Below, piece after piece: positions 1 through 9,029 of a stretch of 56,292 nt of DNA. The stretch's first letter is position 1. Each line of letters opens with the position of its first letter. The stretch is from positions 1 through 56,292 of the IMG/VR virus record IMGVR_UViG_3300025168_000103; one strand, 5' to 3'. Origin of the DNA: a virus (lineage: Duplodnaviria > Caudoviricetes). The notes below the pieces were generated by a model. The model saw nothing but the letters and a program-made list of their open reading frames with translations. It did not search any database and was not told the DNA's origin. The translations under genes and the position numbers were made by a program.

Positions 1-1
1 A

Positions 2-91
2 AGAAATAAGAAAAGACCTGGAGTTCACTCCAAGAACGCAAGTAGAAGTCAAACTAAATTTAAAAAGAAATATCGTGGCCAAGGAAGATAA
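2..91 (+). CDS. 3' end of a small basic phage protein (partial)
   Basis: Own translation: RNKKRPGVHSKNASRSQTKFKKKYRGQGR*. The KKYRGQGR ending is typical of a small basic protein family of aquatic phages. Confidence 0.6.
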   Translation, partial: RNKKRPGVHSKNASRSQTKFKKKYRGQGR

Positions 92-362
92 AAAACACAA
101 CAAACATTACTATGATTATGGTAGGAATGGATACTATCCTACAACAACATTAGATGATGAAAGAATACCTGAATACTATAAAGGTAAAGAAGGTTATGAA
201 GCTAGAAGAGTATGTGATAACTTTGAATTACCATATCATTTAGCCACAGCTGTAACATATCTACTGAGAGCTTACCATAAACACGAAAGTCCTGTAGAAG
301 ATATAACTAAAGCGATAGCTCATTTAGAATTTGAATTAGAAAAAATTAAAAGAAAAAAATAA
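75..362 (+). CDS. DUF3310-like protein
   Basis: P-x-YY...EA..V......YHLATAVTYLLRA..K....EDITKAIAHL matches the DUF3310 pattern. Confidence 0.7.
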   Translation: MAKEDKKHNKHYYDYGRNGYYPTTTLDDERIPEYYKGKEGYEARRVCDNFELPYHLATAVTYLLRAYHKHESPVEDITKAIAHLEFELEKIKRKK

Positions 363-502
363 TGCTAGTAATAATAACTTTTGCAGTTGGAATAATATCA
401 TTAATGTATATAATAACTCAAATTGAGAGGTCAATCTTTTATAATATTAAAAGAAATAAAATGAAAAAAAGATTAGAAGAAATGGACAAAAGAAAGAGAT
501 AA
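362..502 (+). CDS. small membrane protein (46 aa, not in ORF track)
   Basis: TAATG coupling to the upstream stop. MLVIITFAVGIISLMYIITQ hydrophobic helix followed by a basic tail. Confidence 0.6.
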   Translation: MLVIITFAVGIISLMYIITQIERSIFYNIKRNKMKKRLEEMDKRKR

Positions 503-504
503 AA

Positions 505-1368
505 ATGTTAAATACAATAAAAAAAGTAAATAGAAAAACATTTACCATAAGACCATCAGGTAGGAGCACAGATTTTATATCTCCTAGCTTTGGTCATGGT
601 TGTTTATATAACTGTTCTTATTGTTATATGAAACGTAATAAACCATATGGACTTAGTGTAGCAAAAAATACAGAAGCTATACTAACAGCTATAAATAATC
701 ACATAACTTTTGATGATACTTACAAACCTAATCAAACACATAGTGAGTACACAACATATGATATAAGTTGTAACGAAGATTTTGCTTTACACGCGAAGTA
801 TCACGAATGGGAAAAAATATTTAAATTCTTTAGAGACCACCCTAAAGCTATGGGTAGTTTTGCTACTAAATATGTTAATCCAGATTTAATTAGATTTAAT
901 CCTGAAGGTAAAATACGTATACGTTTTAGCTTAATGCCACAACACAAAGCGGATATACACGAACCTAATACGTCAAAAATTATAGATAGAATAAAAGCTA
1001 TAGATTCTTTTATACAATCTGGATATGATGTTCATGTGAACTTTAGTCCTATTATAGTTTATAACGGATGGTTAGAAGACTACAAATGTTTATTTAGTAT
1101 GATGAATGACTATGTAGATAATAAAAACAATGTTTTAGCAGAGTGTATATTTCTTACACACAACTTTGAAAGACATAAATACAACTTGGAAGATAATCCT
1201 AAGTCTGAAATAGATTTATGGGTACCAAGTATACAAGAGGATAAGATATCACAATACGGAGGAGTAAATAGAAGGTACAATCGTAAGTTAAAGTACCAAT
1301 ATATAAAAGACTTTGTTGAACTACATGATAGAATTATTCCATGGAATAAAATAAGATATATATTTTAA
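505..1368 (+). CDS. spore photoproduct lyase family radical SAM protein
   Basis: GCLYNCSYCY (CxxxCxxC), YDISCNED (equivalent of the SplB FEAACTSD motif), ATK, RIRFSL and NFSPII motifs. Confidence 0.85.
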   Translation: MLNTIKKVNRKTFTIRPSGRSTDFISPSFGHGCLYNCSYCYMKRNKPYGLSVAKNTEAILTAINNHITFDDTYKPNQTHSEYTTYDISCNEDFALHAKYHEWEKIFKFFRDHPKAMGSFATKYVNPDLIRFNPEGKIRIRFSLMPQHKADIHEPNTSKIIDRIKAIDSFIQSGYDVHVNFSPIIVYNGWLEDYKCLFSMMNDYVDNKNNVLAECIFLTHNFERHKYNLEDNPKSEIDLWVPSIQEDKISQYGGVNRRYNRKLKYQYIKDFVELHDRIIPWNKIRYIF

Positions 1369-1369
1369 T

Positions 1370-2188
1370 ATGATAAGTTATATAGGAGGTAAAAGCCGAA
1401 TGGCTAAATGGATATGTGAGTACATACCAAAAAACATAGAAACCTACGTAGAGGTGTTTGGAGGAGCTTTCTGGGTTTATATTAAGGGAGATATACATGA
1501 GGGTCCAAAACTAAAAGAAGTCGTCTATAACGATAAAAATAGGTTTATGGTAAACCTTATACAATGTTGTACAGAGCCGTATCTTTTTTACAGACATATA
1601 GAAGACTCTGGAATTGAATCACAAAACGAAGAATTATTTTATAAATATCAAAAAGAAATTAATAATACATGTGATTTAGGTTTTCCAGATTATTCAATGG
1701 ATTTAGCAATGAAATACGCTTATATATCTACACAAGTATTCAGTGGTAGTAAAATAATGGAATCTAAATATGTAGATTTAAAAGGTAAATATAAATCAAA
1801 ATTTGATTCTTTTCGTGACAGATTGCTTAACTTTGATACGGTTAATCGTTTGACTAAAATTACTAAATGTGAAAATTTAGATTATATAGATTGTATTATG
1901 AAATACGATGGACCAAATGCTTTCTTTTATTTAGACCCTCCTTATTGGAAAACTGAAAACTATTATTCTAATCATAATTTTGATTCATGTGACCACGATA
2001 TGTTGTCTGTGTTGTTAAATGAAATAAATGGTAAATTTGCATTGTCTTATTACTATTTTGATGAATTAGAAGAAATGTATCCAAGAAAAGATTTCCGATG
2101 GGTGAGTAAAGAGTTTACAAAAGCAGCTGGAGCTCAGAAAGGAAAGAAACAAAACAAAGGAGAAGAATTATTAATAATGAATTACTAA
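1370..2188 (+). CDS. Dam/D12-family N6-adenine DNA methyltransferase
   Basis: YIGGKS, YVEVFGGA, VVYND, FYLDPPY catalytic motif and C-terminal ELLIMNY. Confidence 0.92.
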   Translation: MISYIGGKSRMAKWICEYIPKNIETYVEVFGGAFWVYIKGDIHEGPKLKEVVYNDKNRFMVNLIQCCTEPYLFYRHIEDSGIESQNEELFYKYQKEINNTCDLGFPDYSMDLAMKYAYISTQVFSGSKIMESKYVDLKGKYKSKFDSFRDRLLNFDTVNRLTKITKCENLDYIDCIMKYDGPNAFFYLDPPYWKTENYYSNHNFDSCDHDMLSVLLNEINGKFALSYYYFDELEEMYPRKDFRWVSKEFTKAAGAQKGKKQNKGEELLIMNY

Positions 2189-2517
2189 TGGATAATATAG
2201 AACCAGGAGAAATAGTTTATTGCGATATCACTTATGAATATGAAAGACCTTATCGTAATAGAACTAAAACAGAAACAGTGGAGCTTATAAATGTTGTGTT
2301 TGGTAGGGAGTATGATGATACATACCCTCTACTAAACTACAATGTTTATAAAAGAGATATTAACAAAATAAATCCTAAAAAACCTTTAGAATGTGATGCA
2401 CGTGTTGTAGATTTAAAGATTCACGCTAGAACAGGTTTTAAAAGAAAAATTAAAGGATATACTCAAGTAAAAAGAAACGAACAAATTAGAAATAAAATAA
2501 CAGGAGCTTATGAGTAA
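2188..2517 (+). CDS. hypothetical protein
   Basis: 109-aa ORF translationally coupled (TAATG) to the MTase. Confidence 0.7.
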   Translation: MDNIEPGEIVYCDITYEYERPYRNRTKTETVELINVVFGREYDDTYPLLNYNVYKRDINKINPKKPLECDARVVDLKIHARTGFKRKIKGYTQVKRNEQIRNKITGAYE

Positions 2518-2692
2518 TTACAAAAACATCAAACTAATACTTAGAAAACAAATAGAAAAAGGAGTGAAAACACTTTGGACATTTGATGAAGAAACCAATA
2601 ATTTTACAAGTATTTATAAAAGTTATAATAACGGGCTAACTATATACACCCCGTTACAACTTTTAGAATACTTAATAGAAAAAGAAAAATGA
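2510..2692 (+). CDS. hypothetical protein
   Basis: 60-aa ORF overlapping its neighbours in operon fashion. Confidence 0.65.
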   Translation: MSNYKNIKLILRKQIEKGVKTLWTFDEETNNFTSIYKSYNNGLTIYTPLQLLEYLIEKEK

Positions 2693-2826
2693 GAAGACAT
2701 AGTAAATTAGTCCCACCTAATTATAGGAAACAAGACCAAATTAGATATTATAAAAAATATTTAAGACATCTTGAAAAATGTATGAAAACTATAGATAAAT
2801 ATATTAAAGAACTGCAGAGAAGTTAA
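2689..2826 (+). CDS. small basic hypothetical protein (45 aa, not in ORF track)
   Basis: ATGA overlap with the previous gene. MRRHSKLVPPNYRKQDQIRYY...; its stop overlaps the stop of the convergent - strand gene. Confidence 0.55.
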   Translation: MRRHSKLVPPNYRKQDQIRYYKKYLRHLEKCMKTIDKYIKELQRS

Positions 2827-4106
2827 CTTAACTCTACGTTGTAATTTAATATACCTTGAAGTCCATTCTTTCTGTGAAATAGGAAAGCTTGGGCTTTTTT
2901 AATGTTTCCAATATAACCCTTACTATCATGCCAATAATCAGTGGCAGACATAGATGAAAGATTACGAATAGTGATACCTTGTAATTCTTCAATTGCTTGT
3001 AGTTTTGTAGACTTGTTTGTATGTAGATGACCTCTATGTACTTCAACGTAGTCTACATCACTCCACGCATTTTTATATCTTTGTGATATGATACCAGGTA
3101 AATCATTAACCTTACATCCATCACCATGGTCAGATACAACCATATTCTTACCATATACTAACATTTTCATAAGACAATCGTTGTTATCTACCTTTACATC
3201 TTCATGATTTTCATAATATAATTCTAGTGTATCTCCTAAATGCATCATAGATTCTCTGTCATGATTACCAGGAATAACCATTACATGTACAGGAGCTACT
3301 TCGGTTAAATAGTTAATCGCTTTAATTAAAAGTTTTCTACCCGCTCTATATATATCTATATGGTAATCAGAATTAAATTGAGGAGTGCCTTTAGTTGTAC
3401 TAGGTATTGGCCAATCACCATCTGAATTTAAAAAATCGTGTCCTGCTATAAATAATATTTTATCAACATAATATCCTTGAGCTCTGTATAGTAAATGCTC
3501 TATAGCGTCAAACAATCTATTCTCCGCAATCTTCAAGCTGTACTTATCACCCTTGATACCAATTTTCCCTAAATGTAAATCAAATGCTGATATTTCTAAA
3601 AGGTGTTTGTCCTTCTTATCGTTACGTTCTCTTTTTTTCTTTTGAACAACAGGAGATAAATTAGACAAGTCTTTTTTAAGCTGCTTTTTAACAACCTCTA
3701 TGTTAAATTCTTGAGCAATTGGTTTTAACCAAGCTTTAGTTCTATACATAGTAATTGTAATAGGGTTACGCTCTTTGTCAAAACCTGTAACCTCATAGGT
3801 TCCTATGTCGTACTTCTCTACAAACCACTTATTTAAATCTACATCACATTGCTTAAGTAAGTCATCTAAAGACTTTACTCTTGTACAATTTTCTGCTGTA
3901 ACAATAGCTTCTTTGTCTGTTTCTTGAAAATTTAAAACTTCTTTTTCTTTTGGTTCGTTATCTGGATTTAAAGCTCTTAGTCTTCTGGCTACTAATCTAA
4001 TTTGTTCGTAATTAGTTCCAAATTTCTTTGCAGTATCTGAGTATTTACTTCGTAATAAGTGAGGGTTTTCTAAAAGATATTTTTTTATTTTATCAACTAA
4101 AGACAT
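2823..4106 (-). CDS. calcineurin-like metallophosphoesterase with N-terminal HTH-like region
   Basis: DLHLG, GHDFLN, PGNHD, DHGD and RGHLH metal-binding motifs. Confidence 0.85.
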   Translation of the reverse strand: MSLVDKIKKYLLENPHLLRSKYSDTAKKFGTNYEQIRLVARRLRALNPDNEPKEKEVLNFQETDKEAIVTAENCTRVKSLDDLLKQCDVDLNKWFVEKYDIGTYEVTGFDKERNPITITMYRTKAWLKPIAQEFNIEVVKKQLKKDLSNLSPVVQKKKRERNDKKDKHLLEISAFDLHLGKIGIKGDKYSLKIAENRLFDAIEHLLYRAQGYYVDKILFIAGHDFLNSDGDWPIPSTTKGTPQFNSDYHIDIYRAGRKLLIKAINYLTEVAPVHVMVIPGNHDRESMMHLGDTLELYYENHEDVKVDNNDCLMKMLVYGKNMVVSDHGDGCKVNDLPGIISQRYKNAWSDVDYVEVHRGHLHTNKSTKLQAIEELQGITIRNLSSMSATDYWHDSKGYIGNIKKAQAFLFHRKNGLQGILNYNVELS

Positions 4107-4199
4107 AATTATTTTGTGTTATTTAATATGTCTATAAAATTATTATATAATTCATTGAAAATTAAACACTTAAAAATAACTTATGAACAGAGTTATTAA

Positions 4200-4769
4200 C
4201 TAATCAGTAATTAGGTATGTAATCCAACTTACATTGTTAGCAAGATAATAAAAATATATATTTCTATCTACATTATTAAATAAATCTTCTATATCAAATG
4301 TTTCACTTACTTTGGCTATTGTGTTAGTATCATTAGCTCCCGCAAAAGAATCGTAAGCCGAAAGATTTCTTCTAAACAACCTTGTGGTATTTTGTATTTC
4401 GTTATTTTCATAAAAAGTGCCAGTTCCTTCTGTAAATGACAAATTTTTCTGCTCAAGATTACTCCAGTGTAAATCAAACAAAAGAGCGGATTCTGTATTT
4501 GCAATTAAAAACTTTTTTAAAGTTTGCCCTTTCGACAATGTAAAAATATTTGTGAGTGTATTTGCTGGTACATATATTGATTTTACAGAATTAAAATTAC
4601 CTGAAGATTTACTTTCTTTTAATTTTCTTTCTTCAGTGAAATTTTGTTTTTCTCTTTGAGAAGTGTTTATTGATTTATTAGGTAGATTAGAATCTTCTGT
4701 TACACGACCTCTTCCTCTATCTCTAGCTGATAACTTTTTATACCTGTCCTTGTCTTTAATTAAGGGCAT
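4200..4769 (-). CDS. hypothetical protein (basic N-terminus, beta-rich C-terminal domain)
   Basis: 189-aa ORF in the late operon. Confidence 0.65.
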   Translation of the reverse strand: MPLIKDKDRYKKLSARDRGRGRVTEDSNLPNKSINTSQREKQNFTEERKLKESKSSGNFNSVKSIYVPANTLTNIFTLSKGQTLKKFLIANTESALLFDLHWSNLEQKNLSFTEGTGTFYENNEIQNTTRLFRRNLSAYDSFAGANDTNTIAKVSETFDIEDLFNNVDRNIYFYYLANNVSWITYLITD

Positions 4770-4777
4770 AGTGTCTA

Positions 4778-5206
4778 TTAGTCGTCAGAAGCTATTCCTG
4801 TATCAGGACCATCACAAAGTAAGTATTGTACTTTTTGAGCTGCTGTTGTAGCGTCTATATCTAAATTTGCAGAGGCATCACCCGCTCCATCTATATGAAC
4901 TGGAGAAAAGAAACATTCACCTGGGTTAAGGTCTGCAATAACATCACCATCTGGTTTTACCGCAACAGGATAATCTGTGTCTACATTTTTAATAAATGTA
5001 TATATATGGTCTTTATTATGACTCGCTAAATTAATTGTAGTGTCTGAAGTACCATTAGTTAATATTTCACCAGTTGATATTAAAGCTGAATCTACTGTTG
5101 TACTAAGTGTAGTAAAGCTTGGTGCGAACGAAAATACTTGATTTCCTTCGGAGTCTGTTAATGAAAAACTTCCTGAAACTGTTACTGATAATGATTGCGT
5201 TGCCAT
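4778..5206 (-). CDS. putative virion structural protein (paralog family with 5222-5611 and 42225-42692)
   Basis: Acidic, S/T-rich, beta-strand composition; FIKNVDT...LNPGE motif. Confidence 0.6.
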   Translation of the reverse strand: MATQSLSVTVSGSFSLTDSEGNQVFSFAPSFTTLSTTVDSALISTGEILTNGTSDTTINLASHNKDHIYTFIKNVDTDYPVAVKPDGDVIADLNPGECFFSPVHIDGAGDASANLDIDATTAAQKVQYLLCDGPDTGIASDD

Positions 5207-5221
5207 ATTTTAATATTTTTA

Positions 5222-5611
5222 TTATGCGTTAGCGTCTATTTCTACTGCAGCGTACTCAATTGTTACTGTCGCTGTATCTGCTTTTGCTGTTGTTGTTGCT
5301 GTTCCTCTTATAATTGTACATAAAAACTCACCTGGCTTTAATATACCTATTAAGTCAGCAGCACTTGAAGCTCCGTCATATATTTTAACAAAGTTAGTGT
5401 CATCTAAATTTTTAACATATATTACTCTACCATATCCTGGAGCAGCCATTACCTCGGAGTCACCATCATGTTCAACATCTATTCTACCTGTAGCTATTTG
5501 GTCTACACCTGTTATGTTTAATGAATATGAGCCGCTTTGTGACTGTGAATATCCAGTCCCAGAACTAGCGGACATAGATAAGGTACATTCAAAAGTATAA
5601 TTTTTTGCCAT
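5222..5611 (-). CDS. putative virion structural protein
   Basis: YVKNLDDTN...LKPGE motif shared with the adjacent gene. Confidence 0.6.
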   Translation of the reverse strand: MAKNYTFECTLSMSASSGTGYSQSQSGSYSLNITGVDQIATGRIDVEHDGDSEVMAAPGYGRVIYVKNLDDTNFVKIYDGASSAADLIGILKPGEFLCTIIRGTATTTAKADTATVTIEYAAVEIDANA

Positions 5612-5627
5612 CGTTTTTTATTTTTTA

Positions 5628-5635
5628 CAAAGTTA
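5628..5635 (-). promoter_or_regulatory. Bacteroidota sigma-A -7 box (TAACTTTG)
   Basis: TAnnTTTG followed by TAAAAAA, 16 nt upstream of the ATG at 5611. Confidence 0.65.
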
Positions 5636-5890
5636 AGAATTTATTTTATTATATACACTATCTTTAATTTTTTTTATATCTCCACATTTTTCGTATTCCT
5701 CTGTTTTAATAAAGTGATTTATTATATCATTATATATATCTTCCTTTATTTCACTTTTTTTAGAATAAGGTTCAAATGGTAAGACACATCCATTGTACTC
5801 TATTAAATCGTCCACTGATAACACTCCTGTCAAAACAAAATATGCATTTCTATATATATCTTTATAAATAATACTATCTTCTGCTTCCAC
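5633..5890 (-). CDS. hypothetical protein with UVR-like C-terminal motif
   Basis: HFIKTEEYEKCGDIKK resembles the UvrB/C (EEYExA) motif. Confidence 0.55.
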   Translation of the reverse strand: MEAEDSIIYKDIYRNAYFVLTGVLSVDDLIEYNGCVLPFEPYSKKSEIKEDIYNDIINHFIKTEEYEKCGDIKKIKDSVYNKINS

Positions 5891-6507
5891 TATATTAAAT
5901 CTTTACTCTCTAAAAGAGTGTATGAAAATGAATTACCCCAATGTTCTCTAGCTTCTTGACATATTCCTAAAAATTCCATCCAGTCATCATTAGATGCAAT
6001 TACTTGACATCCTGCTGACCACTTGTTTACATAGGTGGAAGTCTTACCTTCTAAAGCTGTAGCTCTATGTATATTAATCCCGAATACACCTGTGTCACAA
6101 GTTGATTCGTCAAATTCATACTTATCGTTTCTATTGTTATCTCTATATACTGTTACAGGTTCTTTCTGTCCTAAGGCTAAATATTTACCTCCATGTAATC
6201 TAAGTTTATGAGAGCCTCTGTATTGTCCAGGTTTTAAAACAGCACATCCTATTTTATCAATCCAAGGATTTTCCATCCAATCATCCCCTGGGTCTGTTGT
6301 ACATTCGTATTCGTAATAATGCCACTCTCCATTTTCATCTTTAAATGATATAGTCATTATATCGTCAAACTTATTTGTAACTTTTCCATTAGTATCAGAA
6401 TTTCTTATTCCTATAATGTTTACATCGTAATTATCATTAGTAAAGTATTTGTAACCCTTTTCTAACATAACCTTATGTATTAACTCTCTATAATATAGTT
6501 TTGTCAT
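5890..6507 (-). CDS. putative endolysin (L,D-transpeptidase-like fold)
   Basis: NIIGIR, NKFDD, TTDPG, LKPGQY, GINIHRA...WSAGCQV (His...Cys dyad). Adjacent to a holin. Confidence 0.7.
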   Translation of the reverse strand: MTKLYYRELIHKVMLEKGYKYFTNDNYDVNIIGIRNSDTNGKVTNKFDDIMTISFKDENGEWHYYEYECTTDPGDDWMENPWIDKIGCAVLKPGQYRGSHKLRLHGGKYLALGQKEPVTVYRDNNRNDKYEFDESTCDTGVFGINIHRATALEGKTSTYVNKWSAGCQVIASNDDWMEFLGICQEAREHWGNSFSYTLLESKDLI

Positions 6508-6896
6508 TTTTTTGTTTTTTCCAGTGACCTACCACCAAAATACGCTCCAATCACTGTAATTAATACTAATTGTAATAAATCAGTCCATTTTGCTTCAACT
6601 ACAAAGTTAATAACTCCTGCGTCAATAAAGATTAATAAAACTGTAGATATTACTAAAAATATTAACACTAATGGTCTAACATTTTTACTCAACCAAGAAT
6701 CACTAGCCATGTCAGCCGCCCATCTTGATGAGATTTCTTTTTCCATTTGAACCTCATAGTTTGCTATAAGTTCTTTTACTTTTTGTTCTGCTTCTAATTT
6801 TTCTTCTTTAGAAGTGTGTAAGTTATCTATAACTCCACCGACACCTTCTACTAAATCTTTAGCTCCTCCACTAAATATTGTTCCTAATATACTCAT
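6504..6896 (-). CDS. holin (3TM / GTA-holin-like)
   Basis: DSWLSKNVRPLVLIFL...two TM helices...GAYFGGRSLEK. Confidence 0.8.
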   Translation of the reverse strand: MSILGTIFSGGAKDLVEGVGGVIDNLHTSKEEKLEAEQKVKELIANYEVQMEKEISSRWAADMASDSWLSKNVRPLVLIFLVISTVLLIFIDAGVINFVVEAKWTDLLQLVLITVIGAYFGGRSLEKTKK

Positions 6897-6914
6897 AATT
6901 TAATTTTTTATTTA

Positions 6915-7154
6915 TTAATAACCTCCTTGTGTGTTAATATTATTTGTTGTAGAACTCCCTTGACTTGAACCAGCAGCTTGTCCATGTGTTGCTCCAGCCA
7001 TATATCCTGTAACACCATTATATATATGTGTGTGATATCCTACTAATCCATTACTACTACCATAGTTTAAAGCTTCTGCTGGTGTACTAAATAAAGGAAT
7101 GTTGTTTATAGTTGTAAGTATTGGCATAATTTTTTTATTTTTATTATTCTTCAT
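6915..7154 (-). CDS. small hypothetical protein (probable start at MPILT, ~7127)
   Basis: PLFSTPAEA...GYHTH...GYMAG..H motif. Confidence 0.6.
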   Translation of the reverse strand: MKNNKNKKIMPILTTINNIPLFSTPAEALNYGSSNGLVGYHTHIYNGVTGYMAGATHGQAAGSSQGSSTTNNINTQGGY

Positions 7155-8169
7155 CAGTAGGAGAGCCTGGAGACTGTTCTCCTCCTCCTCCAGATTCTAT
7201 GGTTGTTCCAATTGTTCCTCCTGTTAGTGGAGTAAATCCTCCTGGTGGAGTTTGTGTTGTTGGCATACCTGGGTCTGGGTTTATTCCTTCACAACCACTT
7301 CTTAAACATTCTTGTTTAGTTTCATATTGACCTGACGCTCCATATACTTCTACGCATTTAAATCCAAACTTAGGATGGTCTCCTATTTGTACACAATCCC
7401 AAGATGTAGCATGTATAAAACTTTTACAACATGTAGGCTCCTCTTCTGGATAATTTAACATTGAATATATTGTAGCGCTCATCATGCTAGTTGTCATATA
7501 AGTACCATTCCAATAATATTGTCCTACCTGAATAGGCCAGGGTTGTGGTGTTGGATTTCCTGTTGGATTAGGAATAAGAGGATGACCTCCTATATAATGT
7601 CTTCCTACATATTCTAGACATAGTTTATTTCCTGAACCTGAACCTCCAATAGTGTTGCTCAAACACATAGGAGTTGGATGATTACTACCAACACTATTAG
7701 TCAATCCTATCCAAGGGGCTTGTTGCTCACAACAATTAAATTCTATTTTGTCCCCTACATTTATAGGCCCTATACTCTGCACCGCCCAATCATAAAAATA
7801 ATTTGTGTAATAATAATCAGTAAGTGGTAAGTACCCAGATGGAGTAGGGCTTGTTACATTATAAGCCCACGTTGTTCCAGTCCAATATCGTGTACAAAAT
7901 GGATTTCCAAAAAAAGAAAAAGGGCCTACAGTGTTAGGAGTGTAAGTGTTTACCCCAGGAAAATTACATGATGGTTTTCCTGCCCATGTAGTATTATTAT
8001 AATTTTGTGGCCATTCTGTAATTTTAAAATGATTACAAACCCTCCATATATGTAATCCCCAAAAATTACTTGGTGGATTCTTTTTACTAAATTCAGGACT
8101 TTCCCATATATGTCTAGGTCCTGGAGCGTCTGGATGACCACATTCGTAATAATCTTCTTTAAATTCCAT
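7144..8169 (-). CDS. Cys/Pro/Gly-rich protein, paralog of 8173-8874
   Basis: Shares GPINVGD and TSWDCVQIGDHPKFG.KCVE...GQY.TK..C...PDPGMP with the neighbouring gene. Confidence 0.7.
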   Translation of the reverse strand: MEFKEDYYECGHPDAPGPRHIWESPEFSKKNPPSNFWGLHIWRVCNHFKITEWPQNYNNTTWAGKPSCNFPGVNTYTPNTVGPFSFFGNPFCTRYWTGTTWAYNVTSPTPSGYLPLTDYYYTNYFYDWAVQSIGPINVGDKIEFNCCEQQAPWIGLTNSVGSNHPTPMCLSNTIGGSGSGNKLCLEYVGRHYIGGHPLIPNPTGNPTPQPWPIQVGQYYWNGTYMTTSMMSATIYSMLNYPEEEPTCCKSFIHATSWDCVQIGDHPKFGFKCVEVYGASGQYETKQECLRSGCEGINPDPGMPTTQTPPGGFTPLTGGTIGTTIESGGGGEQSPGSPTDEE

Positions 8170-8172
8170 ATC

Positions 8173-8874
8173 TTAAGGTGTTGGGGGGTTTAATGTTGGT
8201 CCTCCGCCTGGCATTCCTGGGTCGGGATTTTGTGGAACTTGTTGACTACAAGGAGAGTTGATGCAATCTGTTTTTGTAGGATACTGTCCTCCTATACCTT
8301 GTATTTCTACACACTTGTATCCAAATTTTGGGTGGTCTCCAATTTGCACACAATCCCAACTTGTTTTTATAGATGTGTTAGGAAATGATTCACAACAAGG
8401 TCCTCTGTGTATATTGTATCCTGGAACAGGATTACTAGAAGGAGCTCCTAAAGTTGTATATGTTTGTGGGCTCATATAATAATGACCTTTATACACAAAG
8501 CATATTTTTGTAACCGCATAGACATTTCCAAGACTACAACCAGCGTAATTATATGCCTGTGTATCAAAAACTATCTGGTCCCCTACATTAATTGGTCCAA
8601 CTTGAGAAACAGCGTAATGATAAAACGCATCATAGTTAGAAGGATAATTTGGATTTAAAGGATTTCCTGGGTGAGAAAAAGCTCTTGGCCACCATTGATT
8701 AGGGTCATCTGAACATAAAAAACTAGTGTCATACCAACCTGGAGCAGTGTGATTACGATAATTTGGGTTAACAGAATCACTCCATACAGCGCATACACAC
8801 CATTGATGTTCAGGTCCCCATACAGAAGATTCTGACATTAATATTTTATCCTTAGATTCGTATAGGTAACTCAT
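8173..8874 (-). CDS. Cys/Pro/Gly-rich protein, paralog of 7144-8169
   Basis: Same shared motifs as 7144-8169. Confidence 0.7.
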   Translation of the reverse strand: MSYLYESKDKILMSESSVWGPEHQWCVCAVWSDSVNPNYRNHTAPGWYDTSFLCSDDPNQWWPRAFSHPGNPLNPNYPSNYDAFYHYAVSQVGPINVGDQIVFDTQAYNYAGCSLGNVYAVTKICFVYKGHYYMSPQTYTTLGAPSSNPVPGYNIHRGPCCESFPNTSIKTSWDCVQIGDHPKFGYKCVEIQGIGGQYPTKTDCINSPCSQQVPQNPDPGMPGGGPTLNPPTP

Positions 8875-9029
8875 TTTTTATAAGGAAATAATTTATTTAA
8901 TTTTTTTCTTCTTTTATCACAACCACAATCTTCACTTATTATTTTAACATATTTAGTAATACCACTTCTTGTAATAACTTTCTCTAAAGTATCACCTAAA
9001 CCTTCCGACTTTTTATCTTTTTCCTCCAT
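8871..9029 (-). CDS. small CGC-motif protein (52 aa, not in ORF track)
   Basis: MEEKDKKSEGLGDTLEKVITRSGITKYVKIISEDCGCDKRRKKLNKLFPYKK fills the gap, with ATGA coupling to the next gene. Confidence 0.7.
   Translation of the reverse strand: MEEKDKKSEGLGDTLEKVITRSGITKYVKIISEDCGCDKRRKKLNKLFPYKK

Noticed and set aside
4170-4200. DnaA-box-like 9-mers (TTATGAACA, TTATTAACT) as a replication origin
   Set aside because: Only two imperfect matches in very AT-rich DNA, which is insufficient support.
7240-8370. Duplicated segment as a diversity-generating retroelement TR/VR pair
   Set aside because: The differences I compared are mostly synonymous and not adenine-specific, both copies are in coding genes, and there is no reverse transcriptase in the window.
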